From the NCBI GenBank assembly GCA_041664925.1, contig JBAYJV010000001.1:213438-277437 (forward strand): DNA of 64,000 nucleotides, given 5' to 3'. Made by a program: the position numbers and the translations under genes. This stretch comes from Minisyncoccota bacterium. GTDB lineage: Bacteria; Patescibacteriota; Minisyncoccia; JBAYJV01. Positions 55,375 through 63,871 of this stretch are shown here, piece by piece. The first letter of the stretch is position 1, and each line of letters begins with the position of its first letter. Under the pieces are notes generated by a model. The model saw only the letters and a program-made list of their open reading frames with translations, had not been told where the DNA came from and did no database searches.

Positions 55375-55725
55375 ATGAATACTGTTTCTTATGCCATAAA
55401 AGGATTGTTGCGAAGTTTTTTGGGATTTTTTGGCGATTGGTATCTCGTTTTTCCTCAAATTTATTGGAAAAAAACGCTTAAATTTACCAAAGAACTTGAT
55501 AAAAGTCTCGCCTTTAGAGAAATGGCGCGTAATTGGTTTAGTCCCCTTTATCAGGACTACAATATCGTTGGATTTTTGGTTGGTATTTGTATCAGAACTC
55601 TTTGGATTATTTTTGACTCTATTTTTTATATTTTCTTTTTCTTTTTCGCCAGCCTGATTTTTATCATCTGGCTTTTGATTTTGCCTTGCATTATTTATTT
55701 AATCTTATATAACCTCGTACCGTGA
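55375..55725 (+). CDS. Small membrane protein coupled to the Clp ATPase
   Basis: DWY, N.F.PLYQD....G.....IR; overlaps the start of the next gene. Confidence 0.75.
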   Translation: MNTVSYAIKGLLRSFLGFFGDWYLVFPQIYWKKTLKFTKELDKSLAFREMARNWFSPLYQDYNIVGFLVGICIRTLWIIFDSIFYIFFFFFASLIFIIWLLILPCIIYLILYNLVP

Positions 55726-58292
55726 ATCAAGAAACAAACAATCCCAAAGAAGAACAGACAGAAAAGACTTTTGGTTATTTATATTTCAAAGACCCACTAG
55801 TTGAGCTTCCTAAAACATTTCGCTTCCCCCTTCTTTTAATATCTTTTGCTGTTTGGGGATTGATAACTTTAGTTAGTTTTCTGGGGATTCTTTTTGGTAT
55901 ATTTCGCGTACTAGAAAACGGCAATTTCGAACCAGATCCGGTATTGTCATTTTTTTGGTTTGGAATTATTTTGATGCTTTACGCAATTCATCATTTATAC
56001 AAATCTAAAAAATCTTGGAAATCTCTCTTGGATTTAGGAAAAAGAGGTGATTTGTCCAGTACAGAAATCAATATTGCTGAATATTTCAATCCCAAGAGTA
56101 AAAAAATTCTATCTCTAGCCTATAACGAATCTAGGGTTACCAATGACCCATTAGAACTGGTTCTTTTCAAGACCCTAATCTCTACTCCAGAAACAGAAGA
56201 TTTTTTGAATCATCTTGAGCTCGATTCTGAAACCATAAACAATGAATTTAGAAATAAGATTAAAACATTTAATAGGGATTATGAATTATCAAAAGAAACG
56301 CCGAGACAATCTCTCGAAGAAATAACCCAAAGGAGCTTTGTCGAAGCCTATAATACTGGGTCATCAGATATCAGATCGTATCATTTCTTGATGGCGCTTT
56401 TTTCTAAACCTCATCCTGTCCTAGAAGATCTTTTCTTAAAACATAATATTGAGCTTGAAGATGCACGAAATGTTGCCACTTGGCTGCGCATGAAGAATAA
56501 TCTTATTGTTTCTAGGCAAAGACCTCGTCGAGTCAAACATAAAGTAATGAATCGATCGTTTACGGCAAAACCGACTTATTTTCTTGATAGTTTTAGTGAT
56601 GATCTAACTGATTTGGCGCGTCATGGTGTTTTTGCTTCCCTTATTGGCCATCAAGAGGAATATAAGGAAATGATCAATATTCTAAATCAAGATGCAAGAA
56701 ATAACGCTTTAATTGTCGGAAGCGCCGGTAGTGGCAGACAAGCCATCATCAACGAATTAGCTCGAAGAATTTCAATAGACGATATTCCAAAAAACCTCTA
56801 CGACAAAAGATTGGTTTGTTTAGATGCAGGCAGTATGCTAGCGGGACTCAAAACGCCGGGAGAACTCCAAGAAAGACTTCAGAAAATTATGGATGAAATT
56901 ATCGCCTCAAAGAATATCATTCTAGGCATTCCCCAGATTCACGACTTAATCCGTGCTGTTGAAAATCAATCACTTTCCTTTATGAGCTTTTTTGGTCCCG
57001 TATTTGAATCTGTTAATTTTCCTTTAATTGCCTCAACTGATGAAACTAACTATCACCAACTTATCGAAAAGAGAAGTGACCTAGCTGGAACATTTAATAT
57101 TGTAAAAATAAAAGAGATATCAAGAGAAGATGCTTTCAAGTTTTTAATAAGAGAAGCGATTGTTTTTGAAAAACAAGGAGGAGTTGCGATTGGTCATTTT
57201 GCCATAAAGGAAGCTATTGATTTATCTGAGCGTTTCATTAAAAATCGCCTCTTGCCAAGCAAAGCTTATGATCTTTTAACTCAGGCTGTTGAAGAGGCAA
57301 AAACAAAAGGAAAGAAATTTATAACCCGAGAAGATATTGGCGTTAGTCTTTCAAAATCAACCGGGATTCCTGTTGGTCAAGCCAGTACTGGTGAAGCAAA
57401 AGAACTTTTAAACTTAGAAGAAAAACTTCATGAAAAAATGATTGATCAAGAACCTGCCGTTAAGGCGGTAAGCGAAGTCTTAAGACAAGCTAGGGCAGGG
57501 CTTGAAAGACGTACTGGCCCAATCGGCACTTTTCTTTTTGTTGGTCCAACCGGCGTCGGTAAAACCGAGCTTGCCAAGGCATTAGCTGAAACATATTTTG
57601 GCGGCGAAGAAAGAATGGTTAGATTTGATATGTCAGAATATCAATCATCCGACAGTATTTACCGATTAATTGGAACCAAAGATAGTGGAGGATTTCTGAC
57701 AGAAAAAATCAAGAATCAGCCTTTTTGCCTCTTGCTTTTAGATGAATTTGAAAAAGCTTATCATGATGTTTTAAATCTTTTCCTTCAAGTTTTTGAAGAT
57801 GGTCGTATTACCGATGAATTGGGAAATGTTGTTGATTTTACCAATACGATTATTATTGCCACTTCAAATGCCCACGCTGTTTTAATTCAAGAAAAACTCA
57901 AAGAAGGAATGGCAATTCAAGAGCTGCAAAAACTTATTAGAGAAAAACTTACCGACATTTATCGCCCAGAACTTTTAAATAGGTTTGATGAAGTTATTGT
58001 TTTTAAAACCTTAGAAGCCAAAGAATTGGAACAGATTGCTGTTCTGAAATTAAAAACTCTTTTTACTAGACTTGAAGAAGAACAAAGTGTAAAATTCTCA
58101 ATAACCCAAGAAGCGCTCAAGAAAATTTCTGAGCTTGGCTACGATCCCCAAAACGGCGCTCGCCCCATTAGACGCGCCATTTCTAAATATATAAACAATT
58201 TAATTGCCAATGCCATTTTGACTGGAGAATTGAAAAAAGGAGAAAGTTATAGTATAGATTTTATAGATAATAAATTTATCATAAAAGCGTAA
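55722..58292 (+). CDS. ClpA/B/C-family AAA+ ATPase with N-terminal TM helices
   Basis: D2: GPTGVGKTELAK, DMSEY, LLDEFEKA, RPELLNRFD, GARP; D1 degenerate. Confidence 0.9.
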   Translation: MNQETNNPKEEQTEKTFGYLYFKDPLVELPKTFRFPLLLISFAVWGLITLVSFLGILFGIFRVLENGNFEPDPVLSFFWFGIILMLYAIHHLYKSKKSWKSLLDLGKRGDLSSTEINIAEYFNPKSKKILSLAYNESRVTNDPLELVLFKTLISTPETEDFLNHLELDSETINNEFRNKIKTFNRDYELSKETPRQSLEEITQRSFVEAYNTGSSDIRSYHFLMALFSKPHPVLEDLFLKHNIELEDARNVATWLRMKNNLIVSRQRPRRVKHKVMNRSFTAKPTYFLDSFSDDLTDLARHGVFASLIGHQEEYKEMINILNQDARNNALIVGSAGSGRQAIINELARRISIDDIPKNLYDKRLVCLDAGSMLAGLKTPGELQERLQKIMDEIIASKNIILGIPQIHDLIRAVENQSLSFMSFFGPVFESVNFPLIASTDETNYHQLIEKRSDLAGTFNIVKIKEISREDAFKFLIREAIVFEKQGGVAIGHFAIKEAIDLSERFIKNRLLPSKAYDLLTQAVEEAKTKGKKFITREDIGVSLSKSTGIPVGQASTGEAKELLNLEEKLHEKMIDQEPAVKAVSEVLRQARAGLERRTGPIGTFLFVGPTGVGKTELAKALAETYFGGEERMVRFDMSEYQSSDSIYRLIGTKDSGGFLTEKIKNQPFCLLLLDEFEKAYHDVLNLFLQVFEDGRITDELGNVVDFTNTIIIATSNAHAVLIQEKLKEGMAIQELQKLIREKLTDIYRPELLNRFDEVIVFKTLEAKELEQIAVLKLKTLFTRLEEEQSVKFSITQEALKKISELGYDPQNGARPIRRAISKYINNLIANAILTGELKKGESYSIDFIDNKFIIKA

Positions 58293-58733
58293 AATGCAAA
58301 GCGAAAAGCGTAAAACAACAATGCAAAATTCAAAACTAGATCTAAAGAAACGTGCTTATGTTTATGCTTTAGATATTATAAAATTTATCAATACTTTGCC
58401 CAATAATAAAACGGTTGATGTTTTAACAAAACAATTACTAAGGAGCGCAACAAGTGTTGGTGCCAATATAATTGAGGCACAAGCAGGAAGAACCCGAAAA
58501 GATTTTGTCAATTTTTTTACACATGCCTTGAAATCGGCCAATGAAAGCGTATTCTGGCTTTGTCTTTTAAAGGATAGCCACAACGCAAATTTAGATTCAA
58601 CAGAAAAGCTCATAAAAGAAACTCAAGAACTTGCAAATATCTTAGGGGCAAGTATTTTAACTCTTAAGGGCAGAAGATAGTTTTAAATTTTAAATTTTTA
58701 TTCTACGCTTTGCGCTTTACATTTTAAGTTTTT
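58283..58733. repeat. Inverted heptamer-repeat arms flanking the four-helix-bundle gene
   Basis: Left aaaagcg/taaaatg/caaagcg/aaaagcg..caaaatt/caaaact; right agttttaaattttaa..tacgctttgcgctttacatttt. Confidence 0.8.
58294..58680 (+). CDS. Four-helix-bundle protein (23S rRNA IVS / Avd-like family)
   Basis: QLLRSATSVGANIIEAQ...KDF..F...ALKSANE..FWL.LL; start may be 58321. Confidence 0.93.
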   Translation: MQSEKRKTTMQNSKLDLKKRAYVYALDIIKFINTLPNNKTVDVLTKQLLRSATSVGANIIEAQAGRTRKDFVNFFTHALKSANESVFWLCLLKDSHNANLDSTEKLIKETQELANILGASILTLKGRR

Positions 58734-60167
58734 ATGTCTAACCAAGAAATATCTAAAATTTTATATGAAATATCGGAATATTTAGAGATGGAAGATGAGC
58801 CGTTTCGTCCGATTGCCTATAACAGAGCAGCCCGCGTGATTGATTTGCAAAACCGAAGCCTTTCGGCAATTTATGATCGTGAAGGCATCAAGGGACTTGA
58901 TAGAATTCCTGGCATTGGCCAAGAAATTTCCAAGAAAATTGAGGAATTGCTTTTGACTGGTAGATTACAATATCTTGAAAAACTCAAAGCCGAATCGCCC
59001 GTTGATGTATCAACCCTCACAAAGATAGAAGGATTGGGCCCTAAAAAAATAAAGACACTTTATCGCGAATTAGATATTCGAAACCTTGATGATTTGGTAA
59101 AAGCTGTTCAATCTCACAAGATCAGAGACCTTGATGGTTTCGGTGAAAAATCAGAAGCCAATATTTTAAAAGGGATTGATGCTTTAAAAAATCAAAAAGA
59201 AAGATTGCCCCTTGAAAAGGTCCTGCCTGTCGCCCGAGACATTAAGCAAAAATTGGCATCGCTTCCAGAAGTAAAAAAAGTTGAAATCGCTGGATCGATT
59301 AGAAGGAAAAAAGAAACCGTTGGTGATATTGACGTTTTAGTAGTATCTGATGATCCGAATAAGGTTGCTGATTTTTTTGTAACCCTTCCTCAGATCGTTG
59401 ATGTATACGGTAAGGGAAAAACCAAGTCATCTGGAAGATTAGATATCGGCATTGATGTTGATTTGCGAATTGTTCCGGAAGATTCCTTTGGAGCAGCACT
59501 TCAATATTTTACTGGAAGCCAAGTCCATAATATTAAATTAAGAAGCCTTGCACGTAAAAAGGGCTATAAATTGAGTGAATACGGACTTTTTAAGGGAAAT
59601 GAAAAAATTGCCGGTAAAACCGAAGAAGAAATTTACCAAAAACTTGGTATCAGATATATCGAACCAGAAAAAAGAAAAGGAGAAAACGAAATTGTCATTA
59701 CTGATACCAATATTCACGAAAAATCAGTAGGCACAGTCATTTTTTATAAAACACAGAATAAAAAAATTGAGTACCTGTTACTTCATTATCCTAAAGGAGT
59801 AAGAACAAAATTTCATGGACATTGGGACCATGTGAAGGGCCATGTTGATGAAGGGGAAAGTGAAACAGAAACATTAATCCGAGAAATTGAAGAAGAAACT
59901 GGACTTATACACGGTGACCTTGAAATCATAGACGGATTTAGAGAGGACATCCATTACAATTTTAGAACCGAACGCGGTCTTCATTATAAAGAAGTTATTT
60001 TCTATTTGGTCCGTTCGAATACAAAAGAAGTTCATATCTCTGAAGAACATGATGATTACAAATGGCTCTTGTACGAAGATGCGCTTGAGACAATTACTTT
60101 TCAGGGAGGAAAAGATATTTTGACAAAAGCAAATGCGTTTTCTATAAAAATGTTTCATGACCAATGA
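58734..60167 (+). CDS. DNA polymerase X fused to a C-terminal Nudix domain (no PHP domain)
   Basis: HhH motifs, AGSIRR, GDID, DLR, YFTGS..HN; then KGHVDEGESETETLIREIEEETGL. Confidence 0.88.
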   Translation: MSNQEISKILYEISEYLEMEDEPFRPIAYNRAARVIDLQNRSLSAIYDREGIKGLDRIPGIGQEISKKIEELLLTGRLQYLEKLKAESPVDVSTLTKIEGLGPKKIKTLYRELDIRNLDDLVKAVQSHKIRDLDGFGEKSEANILKGIDALKNQKERLPLEKVLPVARDIKQKLASLPEVKKVEIAGSIRRKKETVGDIDVLVVSDDPNKVADFFVTLPQIVDVYGKGKTKSSGRLDIGIDVDLRIVPEDSFGAALQYFTGSQVHNIKLRSLARKKGYKLSEYGLFKGNEKIAGKTEEEIYQKLGIRYIEPEKRKGENEIVITDTNIHEKSVGTVIFYKTQNKKIEYLLLHYPKGVRTKFHGHWDHVKGHVDEGESETETLIREIEEETGLIHGDLEIIDGFREDIHYNFRTERGLHYKEVIFYLVRSNTKEVHISEEHDDYKWLLYEDALETITFQGGKDILTKANAFSIKMFHDQ

Positions 60168-60462
60168 TTTCCAAGAAAAAGTTTATGAGGCAACAAAGAA
60201 AATTCCTTGCGGCAAAGTATCAACTTATGGTATGATTGCCTGCGTTATTGGAAATTGTCTGGCATCCCGAGCGGTCGGAAACGCACTTAATAAAAATTTC
60301 AGTACCGATATTCCCTGTCACCGCGTTATTAAGTCTGATGGGACAATTGGTGGTTATCGTGGAAATATTTCCCAAAAGATTATAAAATTAGAAAAAGAAG
60401 GTGTTAAAATAAAAAATAACAAAATCGATTTAAAAAAATTTGGTTGGCTAGAAATTCCATAA
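60157..60462 (+). CDS. O6-methylguanine-DNA methyltransferase (single domain)
   Basis: IP.GKVSTYG, RAVG and IPCHRV motifs. Confidence 0.92.
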   Translation: MTNDFQEKVYEATKKIPCGKVSTYGMIACVIGNCLASRAVGNALNKNFSTDIPCHRVIKSDGTIGGYRGNISQKIIKLEKEGVKIKNNKIDLKKFGWLEIP

Positions 60463-60479
60463 TTAATAATTTTATTAAT

Positions 60480-60938
60480 ATGACAAACGAATTTGAGAAC
60501 AAAAAACCCGAATCCCTCGATCAGCAACAACGAGAATTGAATAAGGAAGAAGGAGAAATTATAAATTTAGACAATGAGTTGATTTTTAAAAAATTACACG
60601 TCAAGAGAGATGAATACGAACAGCGTATTAAGAAATACGAAGATAAAGTAGCTTCAGAAACCCTAACATTTGATGATCTCCGTGAAATTCGCGATGCGAT
60701 TCACAAAAAATTAGTTCTTGATCATCTTTTGGCAATCGGCAAAACAACTTTTGATTCAACAAAAATTTTCGTTAAGCAGGAACTTCTAAAACCAACAAGA
60801 ATAGGTAGTCGAGAAATTGATATTGGTTACGATGTTGTTGATATGATTAATGCCTGGCACGTAATTGTAGATTATGTTAAAACAGGAGGAGGAAATGTTG
60901 ATGGAGGAACAGGATTACCTGAAATAGAACAAAAATGA
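60480..60938 (+). CDS. Hypothetical protein
   Basis: Operon-embedded ORF, start MTNEFE. Confidence 0.65.
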   Translation: MTNEFENKKPESLDQQQRELNKEEGEIINLDNELIFKKLHVKRDEYEQRIKKYEDKVASETLTFDDLREIRDAIHKKLVLDHLLAIGKTTFDSTKIFVKQELLKPTRIGSREIDIGYDVVDMINAWHVIVDYVKTGGGNVDGGTGLPEIEQK

Positions 60939-61378
60939 AACAAGAATATCCAAAATATAAATATATCTTTCTCTTTTTCGAAGCCATTGAAGACACGCTT
61001 CATTTTAAGCGTTTAATCCCTTATTGGTTTCCTGCTTGGTCTTGGGTGGTTTTTATCTGGTTTATGTCAAGTCGGTCAAGTTTTGATAATATTCCATGGC
61101 GACTAGATCCTGCTTGGCACCTTTTCGCTTTTGGTTTTCTTGCTTTTTGGATTTATCGCGCCTTTAGAAGCTACACATTCTCCGTATTAGATTCTTATAT
61201 TCTTGCTGCCGTAGGATCATTCCTTTATGGAGTTCTTGACGAAGTTCATCAGCTTTTCGTTCCGGGAAGAACATTTAGCGTTTTTGATATGCTAACAGAC
61301 CTTGTTGGTATTCTTGTTTTGGGACTCATTATTAGATTAGTGATTCAGTTTAAAGAAAAAAATACGCAATCAACATGA
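60935..61378 (+). CDS. VanZ-family membrane protein
   Basis: H...FG and DEVHQLFVPGR.....D...D..G motifs. Confidence 0.9.
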   Translation: MKQEYPKYKYIFLFFEAIEDTLHFKRLIPYWFPAWSWVVFIWFMSSRSSFDNIPWRLDPAWHLFAFGFLAFWIYRAFRSYTFSVLDSYILAAVGSFLYGVLDEVHQLFVPGRTFSVFDMLTDLVGILVLGLIIRLVIQFKEKNTQST

Positions 61379-62250
61379 AAATTACTAAAAAAACTCTCAT
61401 ATATTCAGCTGTCGTAGCAGCGATTATTACGCTAGCCATTATGGCTATTTTTAGAGGAAATGAAGATGATTGGATTTGCGAAAATCACCAATGGGTAAAA
61501 CATGGCCATCCTTCAGCTTCTATGCCATCAGAACCGTGCGGCAATATTGTCCTTGATAAACCTACTATCAACGAAGAAATAACAAGCCCGCTTTTGATTG
61601 AAGGACGCGCCCGAGGCACTTGGTATTTTGAAGCCAGTTTCCCTATTAAATTAATAGACGGTGCTGGTAATGTTCTTGCTACCGGTATTGCTCAAGCTCA
61701 GGGCGATTGGATGACAGAAGATTTTGTGCCATTTAAAGCAAGCCTTGATTTCAAAGTAGATACGCTGACAATTGCCAATCTTGTTTTAGTAAAAGACAAT
61801 CCCTCTGGTCTTCCGGAAAATGACGACCAAATGAGTGTGCCGATTAATCTTATTTCTTCTGAAAAAATGACCATTAATGTTTATTTTAATAATTCCAAGC
61901 TCGATCCAGAAATTACTTGTGAAAAAGTTTTTCCCGTTAAAAGAGAAATTCCCAAAACTCAAGCAGTCGCTAGAGCTGCCATTGAGGAACTTCTCAAGGG
62001 TCCAACCGATGAAGAAAAACAAGAAGAATATTCAACTGCCATCAATGACGGTGTTAAAGTTCAAAGCCTAACTATCGATAAAGAAATCGCTAAGATTGAT
62101 TTTAACAAACAATTAGAATTTCAAGTTGGCGGATCGTGTCGAGTCGCTGCGATTGCTCATCAAATCACCGAAACCTTAAAACAATTTTTGACAGTTAAAG
62201 ATGTTATTATATCAATCGATGGTCGAACTGAAGATATTTTACAGCCTTAA
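61375..62250 (+). CDS. Gmad2 Ig-like plus GerMN domain exported protein
   Basis: W.C....W.KHG.P, G.ARG.WYFEASFP, DNPSGLPE, LLKGP and GGSC..QI..TLKQF motifs. Confidence 0.88.
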   Translation: MKITKKTLIYSAVVAAIITLAIMAIFRGNEDDWICENHQWVKHGHPSASMPSEPCGNIVLDKPTINEEITSPLLIEGRARGTWYFEASFPIKLIDGAGNVLATGIAQAQGDWMTEDFVPFKASLDFKVDTLTIANLVLVKDNPSGLPENDDQMSVPINLISSEKMTINVYFNNSKLDPEITCEKVFPVKREIPKTQAVARAAIEELLKGPTDEEKQEEYSTAINDGVKVQSLTIDKEIAKIDFNKQLEFQVGGSCRVAAIAHQITETLKQFLTVKDVIISIDGRTEDILQP

Positions 62251-62357
62251 AAAATAATTATTTATCAAAAAACCGCGTCAAATGCGGTTTTTTGTTTGAC
62301 AACAGGTATTAATTATGATAAATAGATACTAGTCCTATAAATCAGTTCTTTTAAAAA

Positions 62358-62477
62358 TCCTTCGACTTCGCTCAGGACAAGCTCCTTCGACTTCGCTCAG
62401 GACAAGCTCCTTCGACTTCGCTCAGGACAAGCTCCTTCGACCCTTCAATTAAATTCAGGGCAGGCTTCGCTCAGGAT
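62358..62477 (+). repeat. 25-bp tandem repeat x3 plus an interrupted fourth copy
   Basis: TCCTTCGACTTCGCTCAGGACAAGC x3; fourth copy split by CCTTCAATTAAATTCAGGGCAGGC. Confidence 0.92.
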
Positions 62478-62522
62478 GTAATTTTTTCTAAACCTCACAT
62501 CCGTTCGGCAAGAAAAACTAAC
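62478..62522 (+). promoter_or_regulatory. Leader motif hairpin, copy G
   Basis: GTAATTTTTTCT...AGAAAAACTAAC then AGGAGG. Confidence 0.75.
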
Positions 62523-62532
62523 AGGAGGAAAT

Positions 62533-62895
62533 ATGGCAAATCGGAAAATAGAAATCACGAAAAGCATAAAAAATTTTCTAGGATCAGTCCTAGTAACTTT
62601 TAAGATGATGGAGTTAATTATGTTTTATTGCCTTTTCTACATAGATTGTCCTATTTATGTGGATCATGAGAATGCTACTGTTTATGCAAAGACTGAAAAA
62701 ATGACAAAGAAAAAAAGAATCAGACGATCTGTGTGGGCATACATTATGTCTACGTTCCTATTTCTTATAGCGCTTGCTATTATGTCAACTCCTAGTGAAC
62801 TCTTTGTTGTCGGATGTATTTTAGGAATCATGTCTATCGGTTTAAATTCTATAGCATACTTCGACTTGACTAAGGTCACATCTATAAAAGCGTAG
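62533..62895 (+). CDS. Hypothetical membrane protein (cassette)
   Basis: AGGAGG SD; hydrophobic segments. Confidence 0.68.
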   Translation: MANRKIEITKSIKNFLGSVLVTFKMMELIMFYCLFYIDCPIYVDHENATVYAKTEKMTKKKRIRRSVWAYIMSTFLFLIALAIMSTPSELFVVGCILGIMSIGLNSIAYFDLTKVTSIKA

Positions 62896-62905
62896 AGGAG
62901 GAAAG

Positions 62906-63259
62906 ATGGCACAGGAAAGAACTTTCAGGAAAATCCGCATCGATAAATACACAAGAGATCTTTTGAAAAAAGCAGGAATTGAAAAAGCTTCTCGCTTTCC
63001 TCTTAAGGTCTCACAAGATCAAGTTGATGCGCTGAAAACAACCCTGGAGGCAATATTGCCAAAAGAGCGATCTGATTTCAGGTTTACAACCGCAGAAGAC
63101 AGTTCTGGTATCTATATTGTTTGTCTAGGTCCTTCTGGTTTTACGGCTACGCAATTCCTGAAGATAATGAGCTTGAATCCTGGTGTTGATTGGAAAAAGA
63201 TGAGAGTTTATAGTCCTTTTTGTCGAAGACCTCCGTTCTTTGCCTTCGCTTGCGCTTAA
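62906..63259 (+). CDS. Hypothetical protein
   Basis: GAGGAGG SD; terminator CCCGGAAAGCCGGG at about 63262-63293. Confidence 0.68.
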   Translation: MAQERTFRKIRIDKYTRDLLKKAGIEKASRFPLKVSQDQVDALKTTLEAILPKERSDFRFTTAEDSSGIYIVCLGPSGFTATQFLKIMSLNPGVDWKKMRVYSPFCRRPPFFAFACA

Positions 63260-63305
63260 ACAAAAAACCCCGGAAAGCCGGGGTCTTTTTTTTATTCTAA
63301 ATTCT

Positions 63306-63653
63306 TTATGCTTTCACTTTCGTCACAATCTTTTCAAATATAACCGGATGATTTTCAGCTAAGTTAGCCAAAATTTTTCTATCAAGCTCGATTTTTTTCT
63401 GCTTCAATATATTGATAAACTTTGAGTAGGTTAAACCATATTGACGAACACCGGCGTTAATCTTTATCTGCCAGAGCTGCCTGAAATCCCTCTTTCTAAC
63501 GCGTCTATCGCGATAAGCATAAGTAAGAGCTTTATAGACGGCTTGTTTTGCCGCAACATATTTTGATTTGCGACCCCATCTGTAGCCCTTTGCCATTTTT
63601 ATAATAGCTTTTTTTCGAGCTCGTTTTGCTTTTGATCGTTTTACTCTAGCCAT
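63306..63653 (-). CDS. rplT: 50S ribosomal protein L20
   Basis: MARVKR, AKGY, YAYRDRR.RKRDFR.LW..IN and DRKILA motifs. Confidence 0.98.
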   Translation of the reverse strand: MARVKRSKAKRARKKAIIKMAKGYRWGRKSKYVAAKQAVYKALTYAYRDRRVRKRDFRQLWQIKINAGVRQYGLTYSKFINILKQKKIELDRKILANLAENHPVIFEKIVTKVKA

Positions 63654-63657
63654 TTTT

Positions 63658-63843
63658 TTATTTTACAGCCTTTCTAATTTGGCGCGCAACACATTCAGGA
63701 AGCACTCGAGGATTGCGTTTTTTTCTTCTGTCTTTTCCTGATAATTTTGATCGGAAATGATCTTGTCCAGCGCCACGATAAACAACCTTACCATTTCTGG
63801 TAATTTTGAATCTTTTTAAAATTGATTTTCTTGTTTTTTTCAT
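63658..63843 (-). CDS. rpmI: 50S ribosomal protein L35
   Basis: KTRKS..KRFKIT.NGKV; position upstream of rplT. Confidence 0.93.
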   Translation of the reverse strand: MKKTRKSILKRFKITRNGKVVYRGAGQDHFRSKLSGKDRRKKRNPRVLPECVARQIRKAVK

Positions 63844-63871
63844 AGTATTGTTCTAATTTTCTGAAAAATAC

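Noticed and set aside
58294-58680. Diversity-generating retroelement
   Set aside because: Avd-like fold only; no reverse transcriptase or TR/VR pair in the window
62358-62477. CRISPR array
   Set aside because: Repeats are head-to-tail with no spacers, and there are no cas genes in the window
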